A stretch of DNA of 64,000 nt from an uncultured Planctomycetaceae bacterium (lineage in GTDB: Bacteria > Planctomycetota > Planctomycetia > Isosphaerales > Isosphaeraceae), in contig CAWIAD010000001.1 in assembly GCA_963833985.1 (NCBI GenBank), forward strand, positions 576,001 to 640,000, written 5' to 3'. Below, in pieces: positions 18,922 to 29,514 of the stretch. A program made the position numbers and the translations under genes. Under the pieces are notes generated by a model that was not told the DNA's origin, ran no database searches, and saw only the letters and a program-made list of their open reading frames with translations. Numbering within the stretch: position 1 is the first letter of the stretch; the number at the start of each line of letters is the position of its first letter.

Positions 18922-19196
18922 TGACCCAAAAAGAAAAAGACAATTACTGGCTAATCGTAAGGGAATGCGTGGTTGCTTTTCACGGACAGAAACGTGTCGA
19001 CGCGAATCGGATTGTGAGTTCTTACCGCGCTCGCATCGATTCTGCGTTACCGCAGATTGCATCGGATGTCTTCTATCACAACGAGCCATTTGATATCGCA
19101 TGCGACATCGCCGAAAGAGAGATCCCCTTGACCGAAGAGATCTTCTCCAAGTACGAGCGGATTCTGGAGGGGAAGCCGATTGATTCAACCGCGTGA
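18918..19196 (+). CDS. Small helical hypothetical protein, putative antitoxin/partner
   Basis: ATGA overlap with the upstream gene; 92 aa with YW and FYHNEPF motifs; low GC. Confidence 0.7.
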   Translation: MMTQKEKDNYWLIVRECVVAFHGQKRVDANRIVSSYRARIDSALPQIASDVFYHNEPFDIACDIAEREIPLTEEIFSKYERILEGKPIDSTA

Positions 19197-19240
19197 GCAG
19201 ACATGCGACGGCTATTCAAGTACCGAGCGAGAGATAAAAC

Positions 19241-20653
19241 GTGCCCACTTTTGAACCTGTCCTGAGCCGCAACTGGAACGTCGCCGACAGCCACACGCTG
19301 AAGGTGTATGAATCGCGCGGGGGGTACCAGGCGGCGCGCAAGGCCCTCACCACCATGGCCCCCGACGCCGTGGTGAACCAGGTGAAGGATTCGGAGCTCC
19401 GGGGCCGTGGCGGCGCGGGGTTCCCCTGCGGGCTGAAGTGGACGTTCCTGCCCAAGGATCGCAAAGAGACGCTCATGTGCGTGAACGCCGACGAGAGCGA
19501 GCCGGCGACGTTCAACAACCGCTACCTGATGGAGAAGGACCCCCAGCAGCTGCTCGAGGGCATCCTCATCTCGTGCTTCGCAACCCGGGCGCGCACGGCC
19601 TACATCTACCTGCGATTCGAGTACATCCGCGCGTACCGCATCCTCGAGGCGGCCATCGCCGAGGCGCGCGCCGCCGGGCACCTGGGCAAGGACATCTACG
19701 GATCGGGCTTCGACCTGGATATCTGGGTGCACCGCGGGGCGGGCGCCTACATCTGCGGCGAGGAAACCGGCCTCATCGAGAGCCTGGAAGGCAAGCGCGG
19801 CTGGCCGCGGATCAAGCCGCCCTTCCCGGCCATCGAGGGGGCGTTCCGCAAGCCCACGGTGGTGAACAACGTGGAAACGCTCTGCTGCGTGCCGCACATC
19901 ATGGAGCGGGGCGGTGCCTGGTTCAAGTCGATCGGCACGCCCAAGAGCTATGGACCGAAGCTGTACACGATCTCCGGCCACGTGAACCGGCAGGTCTGCG
20001 TCGAGCTGCCGCTGGGCATCACCTGCCGGGCCCTCATCGAGGAGCACGGCGGCGGAGTCTGGAAGGGGCGCAAGGCGAAGGCGGCTGTGCCCGGGGGCAT
20101 CAGCATGGGGCTGCTCTCCGCCGACGAGCTGGACACGCCGCTCGACTTCGAGAGCCTGCGCAAGCCCGGCTGCCTGGGCCTGGGAACCGCGGCCGTCACC
20201 GTGCTCGACGACCAGACGAGGATCATCGACTACCTGCACAACACCTGCCGGTTCTTCGCCCACGAGAGCTGCGGTCAGTGCACCCCCTGCCGCGAAGGGA
20301 CCGGCTGGCTGAACAAGATGGTCCAGCGCATTCGTGCCGGCGGCGGGCGGATCGAGGACCTCGATCTGATGCTCAGCATGGCCAATAACATGGGGATCAT
20401 GCCGGGCACCACGATCTGCGGCCTGGCCGACGGTGCGGCCTGGCCCATCAAGAACGCGATCGCGAAGTTCCGCGGCGAGCTCGAAGACTTCATCCGCACG
20501 CACCGCTCACCGGCCCACGAGGTCACCGTCTTGCAGGAGAGCATCGCCCACGGCAGACCGGCGAGCGACGGCTTCGTGGGCCTGCCCGTCCTGAACGCCC
20601 CGCCGCTGGCGCCGGCCGGCGCGGAACCTCCGGTCAGCCGCATTCCGAACTGA
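19241..20653 (+). CDS. nuoF: NADH-quinone oxidoreductase subunit F
   Basis: LRGRGGAGFP, NADESEP, GAGAYICGEET, ESCGQCTPCREG, TICGL. Confidence 0.97.
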   Translation: MPTFEPVLSRNWNVADSHTLKVYESRGGYQAARKALTTMAPDAVVNQVKDSELRGRGGAGFPCGLKWTFLPKDRKETLMCVNADESEPATFNNRYLMEKDPQQLLEGILISCFATRARTAYIYLRFEYIRAYRILEAAIAEARAAGHLGKDIYGSGFDLDIWVHRGAGAYICGEETGLIESLEGKRGWPRIKPPFPAIEGAFRKPTVVNNVETLCCVPHIMERGGAWFKSIGTPKSYGPKLYTISGHVNRQVCVELPLGITCRALIEEHGGGVWKGRKAKAAVPGGISMGLLSADELDTPLDFESLRKPGCLGLGTAAVTVLDDQTRIIDYLHNTCRFFAHESCGQCTPCREGTGWLNKMVQRIRAGGGRIEDLDLMLSMANNMGIMPGTTICGLADGAAWPIKNAIAKFRGELEDFIRTHRSPAHEVTVLQESIAHGRPASDGFVGLPVLNAPPLAPAGAEPPVSRIPN

Positions 20654-20677
20654 TTCCTCCCAGGAAAGCGAAGCACG

Positions 20678-22426
20678 ATGGCGACGATCCTGATCAATGG
20701 CACCGAATACCCGATTCCCGAAGGGGAAAAGCTGAACGCCATCCAGATGGCGCGGCGGGTCGGGATCGATATCCCCTACTACTGCTGGCATCCTGCACTC
20801 TCCGTGGTGGCCAACTGCCGGATGTGCGAGATCGAGACCGGGACGCGCGATGCCAAAACGGGCGAGATCAAGATGTTGCCCAAGCTCGTCCCGGGGTGCC
20901 AGACGCCGGCCCGGGATGGCACGGTGCTCGTGACCACCAGCCCCAAGGTCAAGGAACACCAGCGCATGGTGATGGAGTACCTGCTGCTGAACCACCCGCT
21001 CGACTGCCCGGTGTGCGACCAGGCCGGCGAGTGCGGGCTGCAAGACTACAGCTACCACTACGGGCAGGCCAGCCACCGCTTCGTGGAGGAGCGGCTGGTG
21101 AACCCGCGCAAGGACGTCTCCGACCTGGTCCAGCTCAACCAGGACCGCTGCATCATGTGCACGCGGTGCGTCCGGTTCACCCGCGAGATCACCCAGACCG
21201 GCGAGCTCGAGGTGATGCGGCGCGGCAATCATGCCGAGATCGGCATATTTCCCGGTCACACGCTCGATGCGAACCCGCTGGCCGGCAACGTCGTGGACAT
21301 CTGCCCCGTGGGCGCGCTGCTGGACAAGGACTTCCTGCACCGTCAGCGGGTCTGGTTCCTGTCCAAGCACAAGTCGGTCTGCACCCGCTGCTCCACCGGC
21401 TGCAACATCAGTGCCGAGGAGAACAAGGGCCAGCTCTGGCGGTTCAAGCCCCGATCCAACCCTCACGTGAACGACTACTGGATTTGCGACGAGGGACGCT
21501 ACAGCTACAAGGCGGCCAACGACCCCGGCCTGCTGGCGGCGATGTACGTGCGCCTGAACGACGACCTCCAGCCGGTTCCTGTCGCGGAGGCGATCGCGGC
21601 CGTGGACCGCGGGCTGCGGCAGGTCATCAGCGGCGGGGGGCGGGTCGCCGGCGTGCTCTCGCCGTTCCTGACCGTCGAGGAGGCGTTCCTCATGGTCCGC
21701 TACCTGAAAGGGCTTGATCCCGCATGCGTGCTGGCCCTGGGGCCAGTGCCGGTACGCGGCGAAGACGTCACTTTCAAGCCAGACCAGACCAAGGGGCGGA
21801 CCGGCGATACGAGCTTCGTCGTCTCGCGGCCGTTCACGATCCACGCCGAGAAGTGCCCGAACCGGCGGGGCGTCGAGGCGATTCTCGACCATTTTCAGGG
21901 GGCGGTCATTGGCTTCGAGGAGCTCACTCGCCGCGTGGCCGGTGGCGAGTTCCAGGGGCTGTACCTGGCCGCGGATGCGATCGACGCCTGGATCGATGAG
22001 GCCGCGAGCCGCTCCCTGCGGCAGGGGGTTGGCTTCCTGGTGCTCCAGGATACGACCGTGACGCCGCTGGCCCACCTGGCCGACGTGGTGCTTGCCGGCG
22101 CCACGTTCGCGGAGAAGGCCGGCAGCTACGTGAATGCCGACGGCCGCTTGCAATACTCCGAGGCCGCACTGCCGCCTCGCGACGGCGCGTTGCCCGACCT
22201 CGACCTCTTCGCCATCCTGATGCACCGCCCCGGCGGGCCGGTGCGCTCCGGCGAGGTCCTGGCCGAGCTGGCCGAAGTGGTGCCTGCCTTCAGCGCCGCC
22301 CGTGGCGGCGCGGTGGCCCCGCTGGGGGTGGTTCTCGGGGCATCGGCCCCGGCTGACGGCACTGCGCGGGCGGCTGCCTTCACGGATTCGTGGTACGTGC
22401 CGCAGGGCGCGGCACGCTCGCGCTAG
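20678..22426 (+). CDS. nuoG: NADH-quinone oxidoreductase subunit G
   Basis: IPYYCWH, ANCRMC, NHPLDCPVCDQAGEC, CIMCTRC, CPVGAL, CTRCSTGC...CDEG. Confidence 0.95.
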   Translation: MATILINGTEYPIPEGEKLNAIQMARRVGIDIPYYCWHPALSVVANCRMCEIETGTRDAKTGEIKMLPKLVPGCQTPARDGTVLVTTSPKVKEHQRMVMEYLLLNHPLDCPVCDQAGECGLQDYSYHYGQASHRFVEERLVNPRKDVSDLVQLNQDRCIMCTRCVRFTREITQTGELEVMRRGNHAEIGIFPGHTLDANPLAGNVVDICPVGALLDKDFLHRQRVWFLSKHKSVCTRCSTGCNISAEENKGQLWRFKPRSNPHVNDYWICDEGRYSYKAANDPGLLAAMYVRLNDDLQPVPVAEAIAAVDRGLRQVISGGGRVAGVLSPFLTVEEAFLMVRYLKGLDPACVLALGPVPVRGEDVTFKPDQTKGRTGDTSFVVSRPFTIHAEKCPNRRGVEAILDHFQGAVIGFEELTRRVAGGEFQGLYLAADAIDAWIDEAASRSLRQGVGFLVLQDTTVTPLAHLADVVLAGATFAEKAGSYVNADGRLQYSEAALPPRDGALPDLDLFAILMHRPGGPVRSGEVLAELAEVVPAFSAARGGAVAPLGVVLGASAPADGTARAAAFTDSWYVPQGAARSR

Positions 22427-22527
22427 CCAGGGTGCTGGATCGAGGTCTCTTGCCTGGTAAGATCGTGGTCCTTACGTGCTGACGTCGCGGTCGAGGCGAA
22501 CGGCATCAGGGGCGGTTCCCGGGAAAG

Positions 22528-23581
22528 GTGAAGCGGATGATCTGGGTGGCGTTGGGCATCTTGCTGAAGATCCTGGTGGTGGTGAACATCGCCATGGGTA
22601 CAGTGGCCTACCTGATTTACGTGGAACGCAAGGTCGCCGCGTACGCCCAGGATCGCCTGGGACCGAATCGGGCGGGCAAGGAATTCGGCGTCCCGTTTGG
22701 ACTGCTCCAGCCCCTGGCCGACGGGGCGAAGATGCTGCTCAAGGAAGACGTGATCCCCGGCTACGTGTCGCGGCCGCTGTACCTGATGGCTCCGGTGATT
22801 GCGATCGTCGCGGCCATGATCGGGTTCGCCGTTGTCCCGTTCGGTCCGGTCGGCCCGAACCAGATCATGAATTTCCAGATCGCCCCGAACATCAACATCG
22901 GCATCCTCTATGTCTTCGCCATCGGCAGCCTGGCGGTCTACGGCATTATCCTGGCCGGCTGGTCGTCCAACAACAAGTACGCCTTCCTGGTGCGCGCTGC
23001 GCTCCAGTGCCCAGCTCATCAGCTACGAGATCCCGCTGGGGATGTCCATTCTGGGCATGGTGCTGATCGCCGGCTCGCTCGACCTGAACCAGATCATCGG
23101 CTGGCAGGACCGGCACGTCTGGGGCGTCTTCGTGCAGCCCATCGGCTTCCTGCTGTTCCTCGTGAGTGCGTTCGCGGAGACCAACCGGCTTCCCTTCGAC
23201 CTGCCCGAATCGGAACAGGAGCTTGTCGGCGGCTTCCACACCGAATACTCGGCCATGAAGTTTGGAATGTTCTTTCTTGGTGAATATCTGCATGTGATCA
23301 CGGTCAGTTACCTGACGGTCATCCTGTTCTGGGGAGGCTGGGACCTGCCCTTCGTGCTCGACGCGGGGCAGACGGGTTTTCTGAGCGTGGTGCTCAAGGT
23401 GCTGGTCTTGCTGGTCAAGGTGGCGATCATGATCCTGGTCATCATGTGGGTGCGCTGGACGTTGCCCCGGTTCCGCTACGATCAGCTCATGGACCTGGCC
23501 TGGAAGTCGATGATTCCACTGTCGCTGGTGAACCTGGTGGCCACCGGGGCGATCGTGCAGCTGTTGTATTCCTCGAGATAG
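22528..23581 (+). CDS. nuoH: NADH-quinone oxidoreductase subunit H (frameshift near 22990)
   Basis: ERKV...QDRLGPN, GLLQPLAD, WSSNNKY / QLISYE, AETNRLPFDLPE, PRFRYDQLM. Confidence 0.93.
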
Positions 23582-23625
23582 CCCGGGACGCCGGTCCCTC
23601 AAGAGAACCCGTCGAGGAGATTCAT

Positions 23626-24210
23626 TTGCGAGTCGACGATCCGAACCTGGTACGCATCGATCCTCCAAGGTTGAGCCTGGCGGAGCGCATGTTCCTGCCG
23701 CAGATTGCCGCCGGGCTGGGTGTGACGGCCCGGCACATCGTCGGAGTCGCGTTCCGGGACAAGGCGATCACCGTGCAGTATCCCGAGGAACAGCACGTGC
23801 CCAGCCCCAATTACCGGGGCGTGCACCGGCTGAACAAGGACGAGCACGGCCGGGTGCGGTGCGTGGCGTGCATGCTCTGCGCCACGGCCTGTCCGGCCCA
23901 CTGCATCGACATCGTCGGCGCTTCGGCCCCGGCTGCCTGGCCGGACCGGGAGAAGTATCCGGAGAGCTTCGTCATCGACGAGCTGCGCTGTATCTATTGC
24001 GGCATGTGCGAGGAGGCCTGCCCCGTGGAGGCGATCGAGCTGACCGGGCTCTACGACTTGACCGGGCTGTCACGCGAGCAGATGATCTTCGACAAGACCA
24101 AGCTGTTGTCCGTCTTTGACGCCACCAGGGAGGTGGAGCCGATGAAATACGCGGCTCCTCCCGCCAGCCCCACCGCGGAAACCAGGATGCTCCCCTCGCC
24201 GCTGGACTAG
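23626..24210 (+). CDS. nuoI: NADH-quinone oxidoreductase subunit I
   Basis: TVQYPE, CVACMLCATACP, CIYCGMCEEACP; TTG start after GAGGAG. Confidence 0.95.
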   Translation: MRVDDPNLVRIDPPRLSLAERMFLPQIAAGLGVTARHIVGVAFRDKAITVQYPEEQHVPSPNYRGVHRLNKDEHGRVRCVACMLCATACPAHCIDIVGASAPAAWPDREKYPESFVIDELRCIYCGMCEEACPVEAIELTGLYDLTGLSREQMIFDKTKLLSVFDATREVEPMKYAAPPASPTAETRMLPSPLD

Positions 24211-24324
24211 CCCGCGGACCCCACCGGCGATGAGACCCCGCAGCGATGAGACCCCGCGCCGGACGTTCCAGAGCATGGGTCCTCACCACTCCCTGCCAGG
24301 CCTTCCCACACGACTGGACGCACG

Positions 24325-25191
24325 ATGCCTACCAGAGAACTGATTGCCGCAACGCTGGTCGTTCTGCTGGGCGCAGCGGGCAGTTATCTGCTGCTCCCCC
24401 ATCGCCACGGGGCTGCCCGCTCGCGGAACGTGCATGCGGCCGGCGCCGTCCTTGCCAGCCTGGGGCTGCTGGGCTTGCTCACGTACTTCTCCGCGCCCAG
24501 CCCGTTTCTGGCGGGAGTCTTCTTCTACCTCTTCACCATCGGGGCCCTGGTGGGCGGCCTCCTCACCGTCACCAGCCGCAACCCGATCTACAGCGCTCTC
24601 TGGTTCGCGTCGGTGGTGCTCTCCACGGCGGGCCTGTTCCTGCTGGCCGGCGCGCAGTTCCTGGCCGCGGGGAGCGTCATCGTGTACGCCGGGGCCATCA
24701 TCGTCACCTTCCTCTTCGTCATCATGCTGGCCCAGATGGAGGGCAAGGCGGTCTACGATCGCGCGGCCAGGGCTCCGGCAAGCGCCACGCTGACCTGCTT
24801 CCTGCTGTTCTGGAGCCTGCTCTATGTGCTCGGGCCGCTCCATTCCCGGCCGGCCGCGGAGGCCGTGGAAGGGGACCCCCAGCGGGCCGCCGAAAAGGCG
24901 CTCGTGCGGGGCGGCTGGATTGCCGAATCCTTCCAGCTCAAGGAAGAACACCCGGCCGGCAGGGCGCTGGCTCAGGCCTTGCGGCCAACCTCCTGGCTGC
25001 ATGACGCCGCGGGGACCGAGAAGCCGGGCGTGGCCGGACTGGGAGAATCACTCTACGCGGACCATCTGGTCACCGTCGAGCTTGCCGGGTGCCTGCTCTT
25101 CGTCGCCCTCATTGCCGCAATTACCATCGCCGGCCCGAAGCGGCCGATCCGGCCTGGACAGGGGAGAGACGCCGTGGCCGCCGAGACCTGA
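24325..25191 (+). CDS. nuoJ: NADH-quinone oxidoreductase subunit J (extended)
   Basis: RNPIYSALW, AQFLAA..VIVYAGAIIVTFLFVIML, ELAGCLLFVALIAA. Confidence 0.93.
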   Translation: MPTRELIAATLVVLLGAAGSYLLLPHRHGAARSRNVHAAGAVLASLGLLGLLTYFSAPSPFLAGVFFYLFTIGALVGGLLTVTSRNPIYSALWFASVVLSTAGLFLLAGAQFLAAGSVIVYAGAIIVTFLFVIMLAQMEGKAVYDRAARAPASATLTCFLLFWSLLYVLGPLHSRPAAEAVEGDPQRAAEKALVRGGWIAESFQLKEEHPAGRALAQALRPTSWLHDAAGTEKPGVAGLGESLYADHLVTVELAGCLLFVALIAAITIAGPKRPIRPGQGRDAVAAET

Positions 25192-25250
25192 CACAGACCG
25201 GTGCGCAGCCTGCCGCGGCCCTTTCTCATCGAGACTTTTCGAGATTCGCC

Positions 25251-25718
25251 ATGATCGAAGCATTTACACTGGACTACCTGAGAAACTACCTGCTGGCCGG
25301 CGCCGCGCTGTTCATCCTGGGGATGCTCGGCTTCCTCTCGCGGCGCAACCTGATCGTCATGTTCCTCTCGGCCGAGATGATGCTTCAGGGGACGGCGCTG
25401 TCGCTGGTGGCCTTCGGGCGTTATCACGGCAACTTCACCGGCCAGGTCTTCACGATCGTGATCCTCACGGTCGCGGCCTGCGAGGCGTCCATCGCGCTGG
25501 CGCTGGTGGTGGTCCTGTACAACCGGAAATCCTCGCTCGATGTGACGTTGTGGCAGGACATCCGCGAGGAGGGGGTGCCCCCGACCGCGGTACTGAGAGA
25601 GGAGTCCGAGGCCGAGCCGATCGAGCCGGCGCCCGGGCCCGAATCGTATCCGGTTCTCACTCCGGCGGGTATCGAGCCAGTTCATCCCGTCGAGCCCTGG
25701 CTCGAGCGGCGGCGCTGA
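25251..25718 (+). CDS. nuoK: NADH-quinone oxidoreductase subunit K with C-terminal extension
   Basis: RRNLIVMFLSAEMML, VAACEASIALA. Confidence 0.93.
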   Translation: MIEAFTLDYLRNYLLAGAALFILGMLGFLSRRNLIVMFLSAEMMLQGTALSLVAFGRYHGNFTGQVFTIVILTVAACEASIALALVVVLYNRKSSLDVTLWQDIREEGVPPTAVLREESEAEPIEPAPGPESYPVLTPAGIEPVHPVEPWLERRR

Positions 25719-25731
25719 TAAGGAGCGAGGC

Positions 25732-27785
25732 GTGTCTGGTTTCTTCGTGCACAATGTCTGGATGATTCCGTGCCTGCCTCTGCTGGGCGCCGCCGTGGCG
25801 GCCCTGGGCGCCCGCCGGCTGCGCGCAGCGCCCACCTGCCGGTGGTGGCGGGCATCGCCCTGGCCTTTCTCATGTCCTGCGGCGCCCTGTACTCGGCGGG
25901 GCCCGAGACGACCACGGTGGCCGCGCGCTGGCTGGCGATCAGCAACCTGGAAATCCCCCTGGAGTTCCGGGTCGACGGGCTGACCACGATGATGCTGGCC
26001 ATGGTCACCTTCGTGTCGACGCTGGTGGCCGTCTTCGCCGCCGGCTACATGGCCGGAGATCCCGGCTACCCCCGTTTCTTCGCGCTCATCGGGCTCTTCG
26101 TCTTCTCGATGACGGGGCTCGTGCTCTCGAACAACTACCTGCTCACCTACGGCTTCTGGGAGGGCGTGGGCGTTTGCAGCTATCTGCTCATCGGCTTCTG
26201 GCATACCCGGCCGGCGGCCGCGACGGCGGCGATGAAGGCTTTCCTGGTGAACCGGATCGGTGACTTCGGCTTCGCGATCGCCATCTTCTGGCTCTGGGAC
26301 TTGGTGCCGGGCCACGACCTGAGCTACGGCAATGTGCTCGCCGGTGAGACCCTGGCGGGGCTGCCCGCGTCTGCCAGGGTCGGCATCCCGCTGCTGCTCT
26401 TCTGGGCCGCCACCGCCAAGAGCGCGCAGATCCCGCTTTACGTCTGGCTGCCCGACGCGATGGAGGGCCCCACGCCGGTCTCGGCCCTGATCCACGCCGC
26501 CACCATGGTCACCGCGGGGGTGTATCTGATCGCCCGGTCCGCTCCGCTGGTGGCCCTGGCCCCGGGTGTGCAGGTGCTGATCGCCGTCACCGGCTGTGCC
26601 ACGGCCCTGCTCTCGGCGTCGATCGCCCTGACGCAGAACGACCTCAAGCGGGTGATGGCCTACTCGACGGTCAGCCAGCTTGGCTACATGTTCATGGCGC
26701 TCGGTGCCGGCGTGGGGAACGTGGCCCAACTCGCGGTCACGGCGGCGATGTTCCACCTGTTCACCCACGCGTTCTTCAAGGCGCTACTCTTCCTGGCGTC
26801 CGGCAGCGTTATGCACGCGATGGGCGACGTGATCGACATGCGGCGCTTCGGCGGCCTGCGGCACCGGCTGCCCTACACGCACCTGACGTTCGCCGTCGGC
26901 GGCCTGGCGCTGGCCGGCATCTTCCCCTTCGCCGGTTTCTTCAGCAAGGACGAGATCCTGATGGCGCTCAGGTCCGCCGCGCACGACCCGGCCGGCCAGC
27001 CGTGGGGCGGGGTCTACCTGGCGGTCTACTGGGTGGCGATCATCACGGTACTGATGACGGCCTTCTACACGGCCCGCGCCTACTTCATGACCTTCTGGGG
27101 CCCGGACAAGCTGCCCAGCCCGAACGACCCCGAGGCGCCTGCGGCGGAGCCCGGTTCGGGTCACGGCGATCAGGAGGCGCACGCTCCCCGGCAGGACGAG
27201 ACTCATGCCCATGGAGACTCGCACGGGCACGGCCACGGGCACGGCCACGTCGGAGAGGAATCGCCCCCCGTGATGACCTATCCGCTGCTGGTCCTGGCGG
27301 GCTGTGCCGTGCTGGCCGGACTGCTCTTCGGGCCGACCGGACTGTTCGAGCATCACCTTCGCGAGACGCTGGGATGGGACCTGTTGGGCGAGGCCGAGCA
27401 CGGCGCGGACCTGGCCACGGCGGTCATCAGCACGCTCGCGGCGCTCCTGGGCATTGGCGTGGCCTACCGGCTCTACGCCGCGCCCAGCCCCGTGCCGGGC
27501 CGCCTGGCGGATCGGTTCCGGCCGCTCTACCTGGCGTCGCTGCACAAGTTCTACGTGGACGAGGTTTACGATTGGGTTGTCGTCAAGAGCACCCGGGCGA
27601 TCGCCGTGGTCTGCGAGTTCCTGGATATCTACCTGGTTGACCAGCTTGTCGTGGGCATCGCCCGGCTTCCCCGCAAGCTGGGCAAGGATCTGCTGGCGGG
27701 TTACCAGAACGGCCTGATCCAGTTTTATGCGGCCGCCTCGGCGCTGGGCGTGGCCGTGCTCCTGTTGATCTTGTTGTTGTTTTGA
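25732..27785 (+). CDS. nuoL: NADH-quinone oxidoreductase subunit L (frameshift near 25828)
   Basis: WEGVGVCSYLLIGFW, AKSAQIPLYVWLPDAMEGPTPVSALIHAATMV, HAFFKALLFL. Confidence 0.95.
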
Positions 27786-27825
27786 GCGCGGCGCGGTCCG
27801 GCCGGGCGTGGACGAGGGATGATTG

Positions 27826-29514
27826 ATGGCGACACTCCTGCTGATGACGGTTCTCTTGCCCCTGCTCGGCGCAGTCGGGCTGTTCGCAGCGCCCCGGCTG
27901 GACCGGAGCATGGCGCGAAGCGTTGCTCTGGGGTGCACGCTGGTCACGATGGGCTTCAGCCTGATTCTCCTGTGGTCATTCCGCACCGGAGTGCTGGCCC
28001 CGCAATTCGCCTTCTCGAGCGCGACCGGATCGTACGGCCTGCGCTGGCTTGTCCGGCCGGACATTCGCTTCGCACTGGGGCTGGACGGGCTCTCGCTCTG
28101 GCTCTTCCTGCTCACCGGGCTGCTCATGATCACGGCCGTGCTGTCTTCGTGGGAGGCGGTCAGCGAGCGTCCTGCGTTGTACTACGGGTTCCTGCTGCTG
28201 CTTGAAACCGGTCTGCTCGGGCTCTTCGCCAGCCTGGACGTGGTGCTCTTTTATGTGTTCTTCGAGTTCACGTTGATTCCGCTTTTCTTCCTGATTGGCC
28301 TCTGGGGAGGTCCCCAGCGGCAGCGGGCCTCGATCATGTTCTTCCTGTACACGCTCGCGGGTAGCCTGCTGACCCTGCTGGGCGTGATTGCCCTGGTGGT
28401 GGTCCATTACAAGTACTCGCCCGGGCACGTTCTCACCTTCTCGATTCCTGAGCTGACGCGGGGGCTGGCCACGCTTCCCTGGCCGCGCTGGCACGAGGTC
28501 GGGTCGATCTCGAGCCCGCAGGTGCTGATCTTCCTGCTGTTGCTGGCGGGCTTCGCCATCAAGGTGCCGATGTTCCCGTTCCACACGTGGCTGCCGCTGG
28601 CGCACGTGGAGGCGCCCACGGCCGGCTCGATCATCCTTGCCGGCGTCTTGCTGAAGGTGGGCAGTTACGGGCTCTTGCGGTTCAACATGGCGATGACGCC
28701 GCTGGGCGCCGTGAGCCTGTTTCCCTTGCTGGCATCGCTGGCGGTCATCGGCATCATCTACGGCGCACTCGTCGCCCTGGCGCAGAGCGACATGAAACGG
28801 CTCGTGGCGTACAGTTCGGTGAGCCACATGGGCTTCATCGTGCTGGGCATGTTCGCCATGAACAGCACCGGCCTCGACGGCTCGGTGATCCAGATGGTCA
28901 ACCACGGGCTCACGACCGGGGCGCTGTTCGCCTGTGTGGGGGTGCTCTACGAGCGTTACCACACGCGCGAGATGAGCGAAATTGGCGGTATCTGGAACAA
29001 GCTGCCCGTGCTGGCCTTCTTCTTCATTCTCTCGGCGCTGGGATCAGCGGCGCTGCCAGGGCTGAACGGGTTCGTGGGTGAGTTTCCCATCCTGGTGGGC
29101 ATGTTCGGCACGAGCCCGCGGGCCGCGGTGCTCGGGGCGACGGGAATGATCCTGGGTGCCTGCTACCTGCTCTGGATGCTCCGCAAGGTGGTCTTCGGCC
29201 CGCTGCACGAGCCGGCCGAGCACGATCACGCCGAGGGACCGGGTGAGCACTCCAGGGGTGGCCACACGGCGGTTCAACCAGTGGGCTGGCATGAGATTGC
29301 TGCGCTGACGCCGCTCATGGTCCTGATCGTCCTGATCGGCGTCGTCCCCGGCCCGTTTCTTGACCGGATCCGTCCCACGGTGGGAGAGATCGACAGGAAC
29401 ATCCAGCAGCAGCGCGGCGTGATGAAGGTCGCGGACGCGAGCGGGGCTGAGCCGACGACGAGCATCCACACTCCGCGGCGAGGTGCACCGAAGGTTTCCG
29501 GGGGAACTCCTTGA
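27826..29514 (+). CDS. nuoM: NADH-quinone oxidoreductase subunit M
   Basis: FFEFTLIP, IKVPMFPFHTWLPLAHVEAP, AYSSVSHMG, LPGLNGFVGEF. Confidence 0.96.
   Translation: MATLLLMTVLLPLLGAVGLFAAPRLDRSMARSVALGCTLVTMGFSLILLWSFRTGVLAPQFAFSSATGSYGLRWLVRPDIRFALGLDGLSLWLFLLTGLLMITAVLSSWEAVSERPALYYGFLLLLETGLLGLFASLDVVLFYVFFEFTLIPLFFLIGLWGGPQRQRASIMFFLYTLAGSLLTLLGVIALVVVHYKYSPGHVLTFSIPELTRGLATLPWPRWHEVGSISSPQVLIFLLLLAGFAIKVPMFPFHTWLPLAHVEAPTAGSIILAGVLLKVGSYGLLRFNMAMTPLGAVSLFPLLASLAVIGIIYGALVALAQSDMKRLVAYSSVSHMGFIVLGMFAMNSTGLDGSVIQMVNHGLTTGALFACVGVLYERYHTREMSEIGGIWNKLPVLAFFFILSALGSAALPGLNGFVGEFPILVGMFGTSPRAAVLGATGMILGACYLLWMLRKVVFGPLHEPAEHDHAEGPGEHSRGGHTAVQPVGWHEIAALTPLMVLIVLIGVVPGPFLDRIRPTVGEIDRNIQQQRGVMKVADASGAEPTTSIHTPRRGAPKVSGGTP

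Noticed and set aside
27205..27250. CACGGN tandem repeat as a contingency locus
   Set aside because: In-frame hexamers encoding a His-Gly loop of NuoL; copy change would not shift the frame.
17589..27785. nuoE, nuoH and nuoL as pseudogenes or programmed frameshifts
   Set aside because: All motifs are intact, no slippery heptamers are evident, and similar indels occur throughout the window.
19076..28962. Long minus-strand ORFs (19076..20503, 20507..22225, 25053..26768, 26784..28133, 27976..28962)
   Set aside because: Antisense to well-supported nuo genes; expected in high-GC3 DNA.
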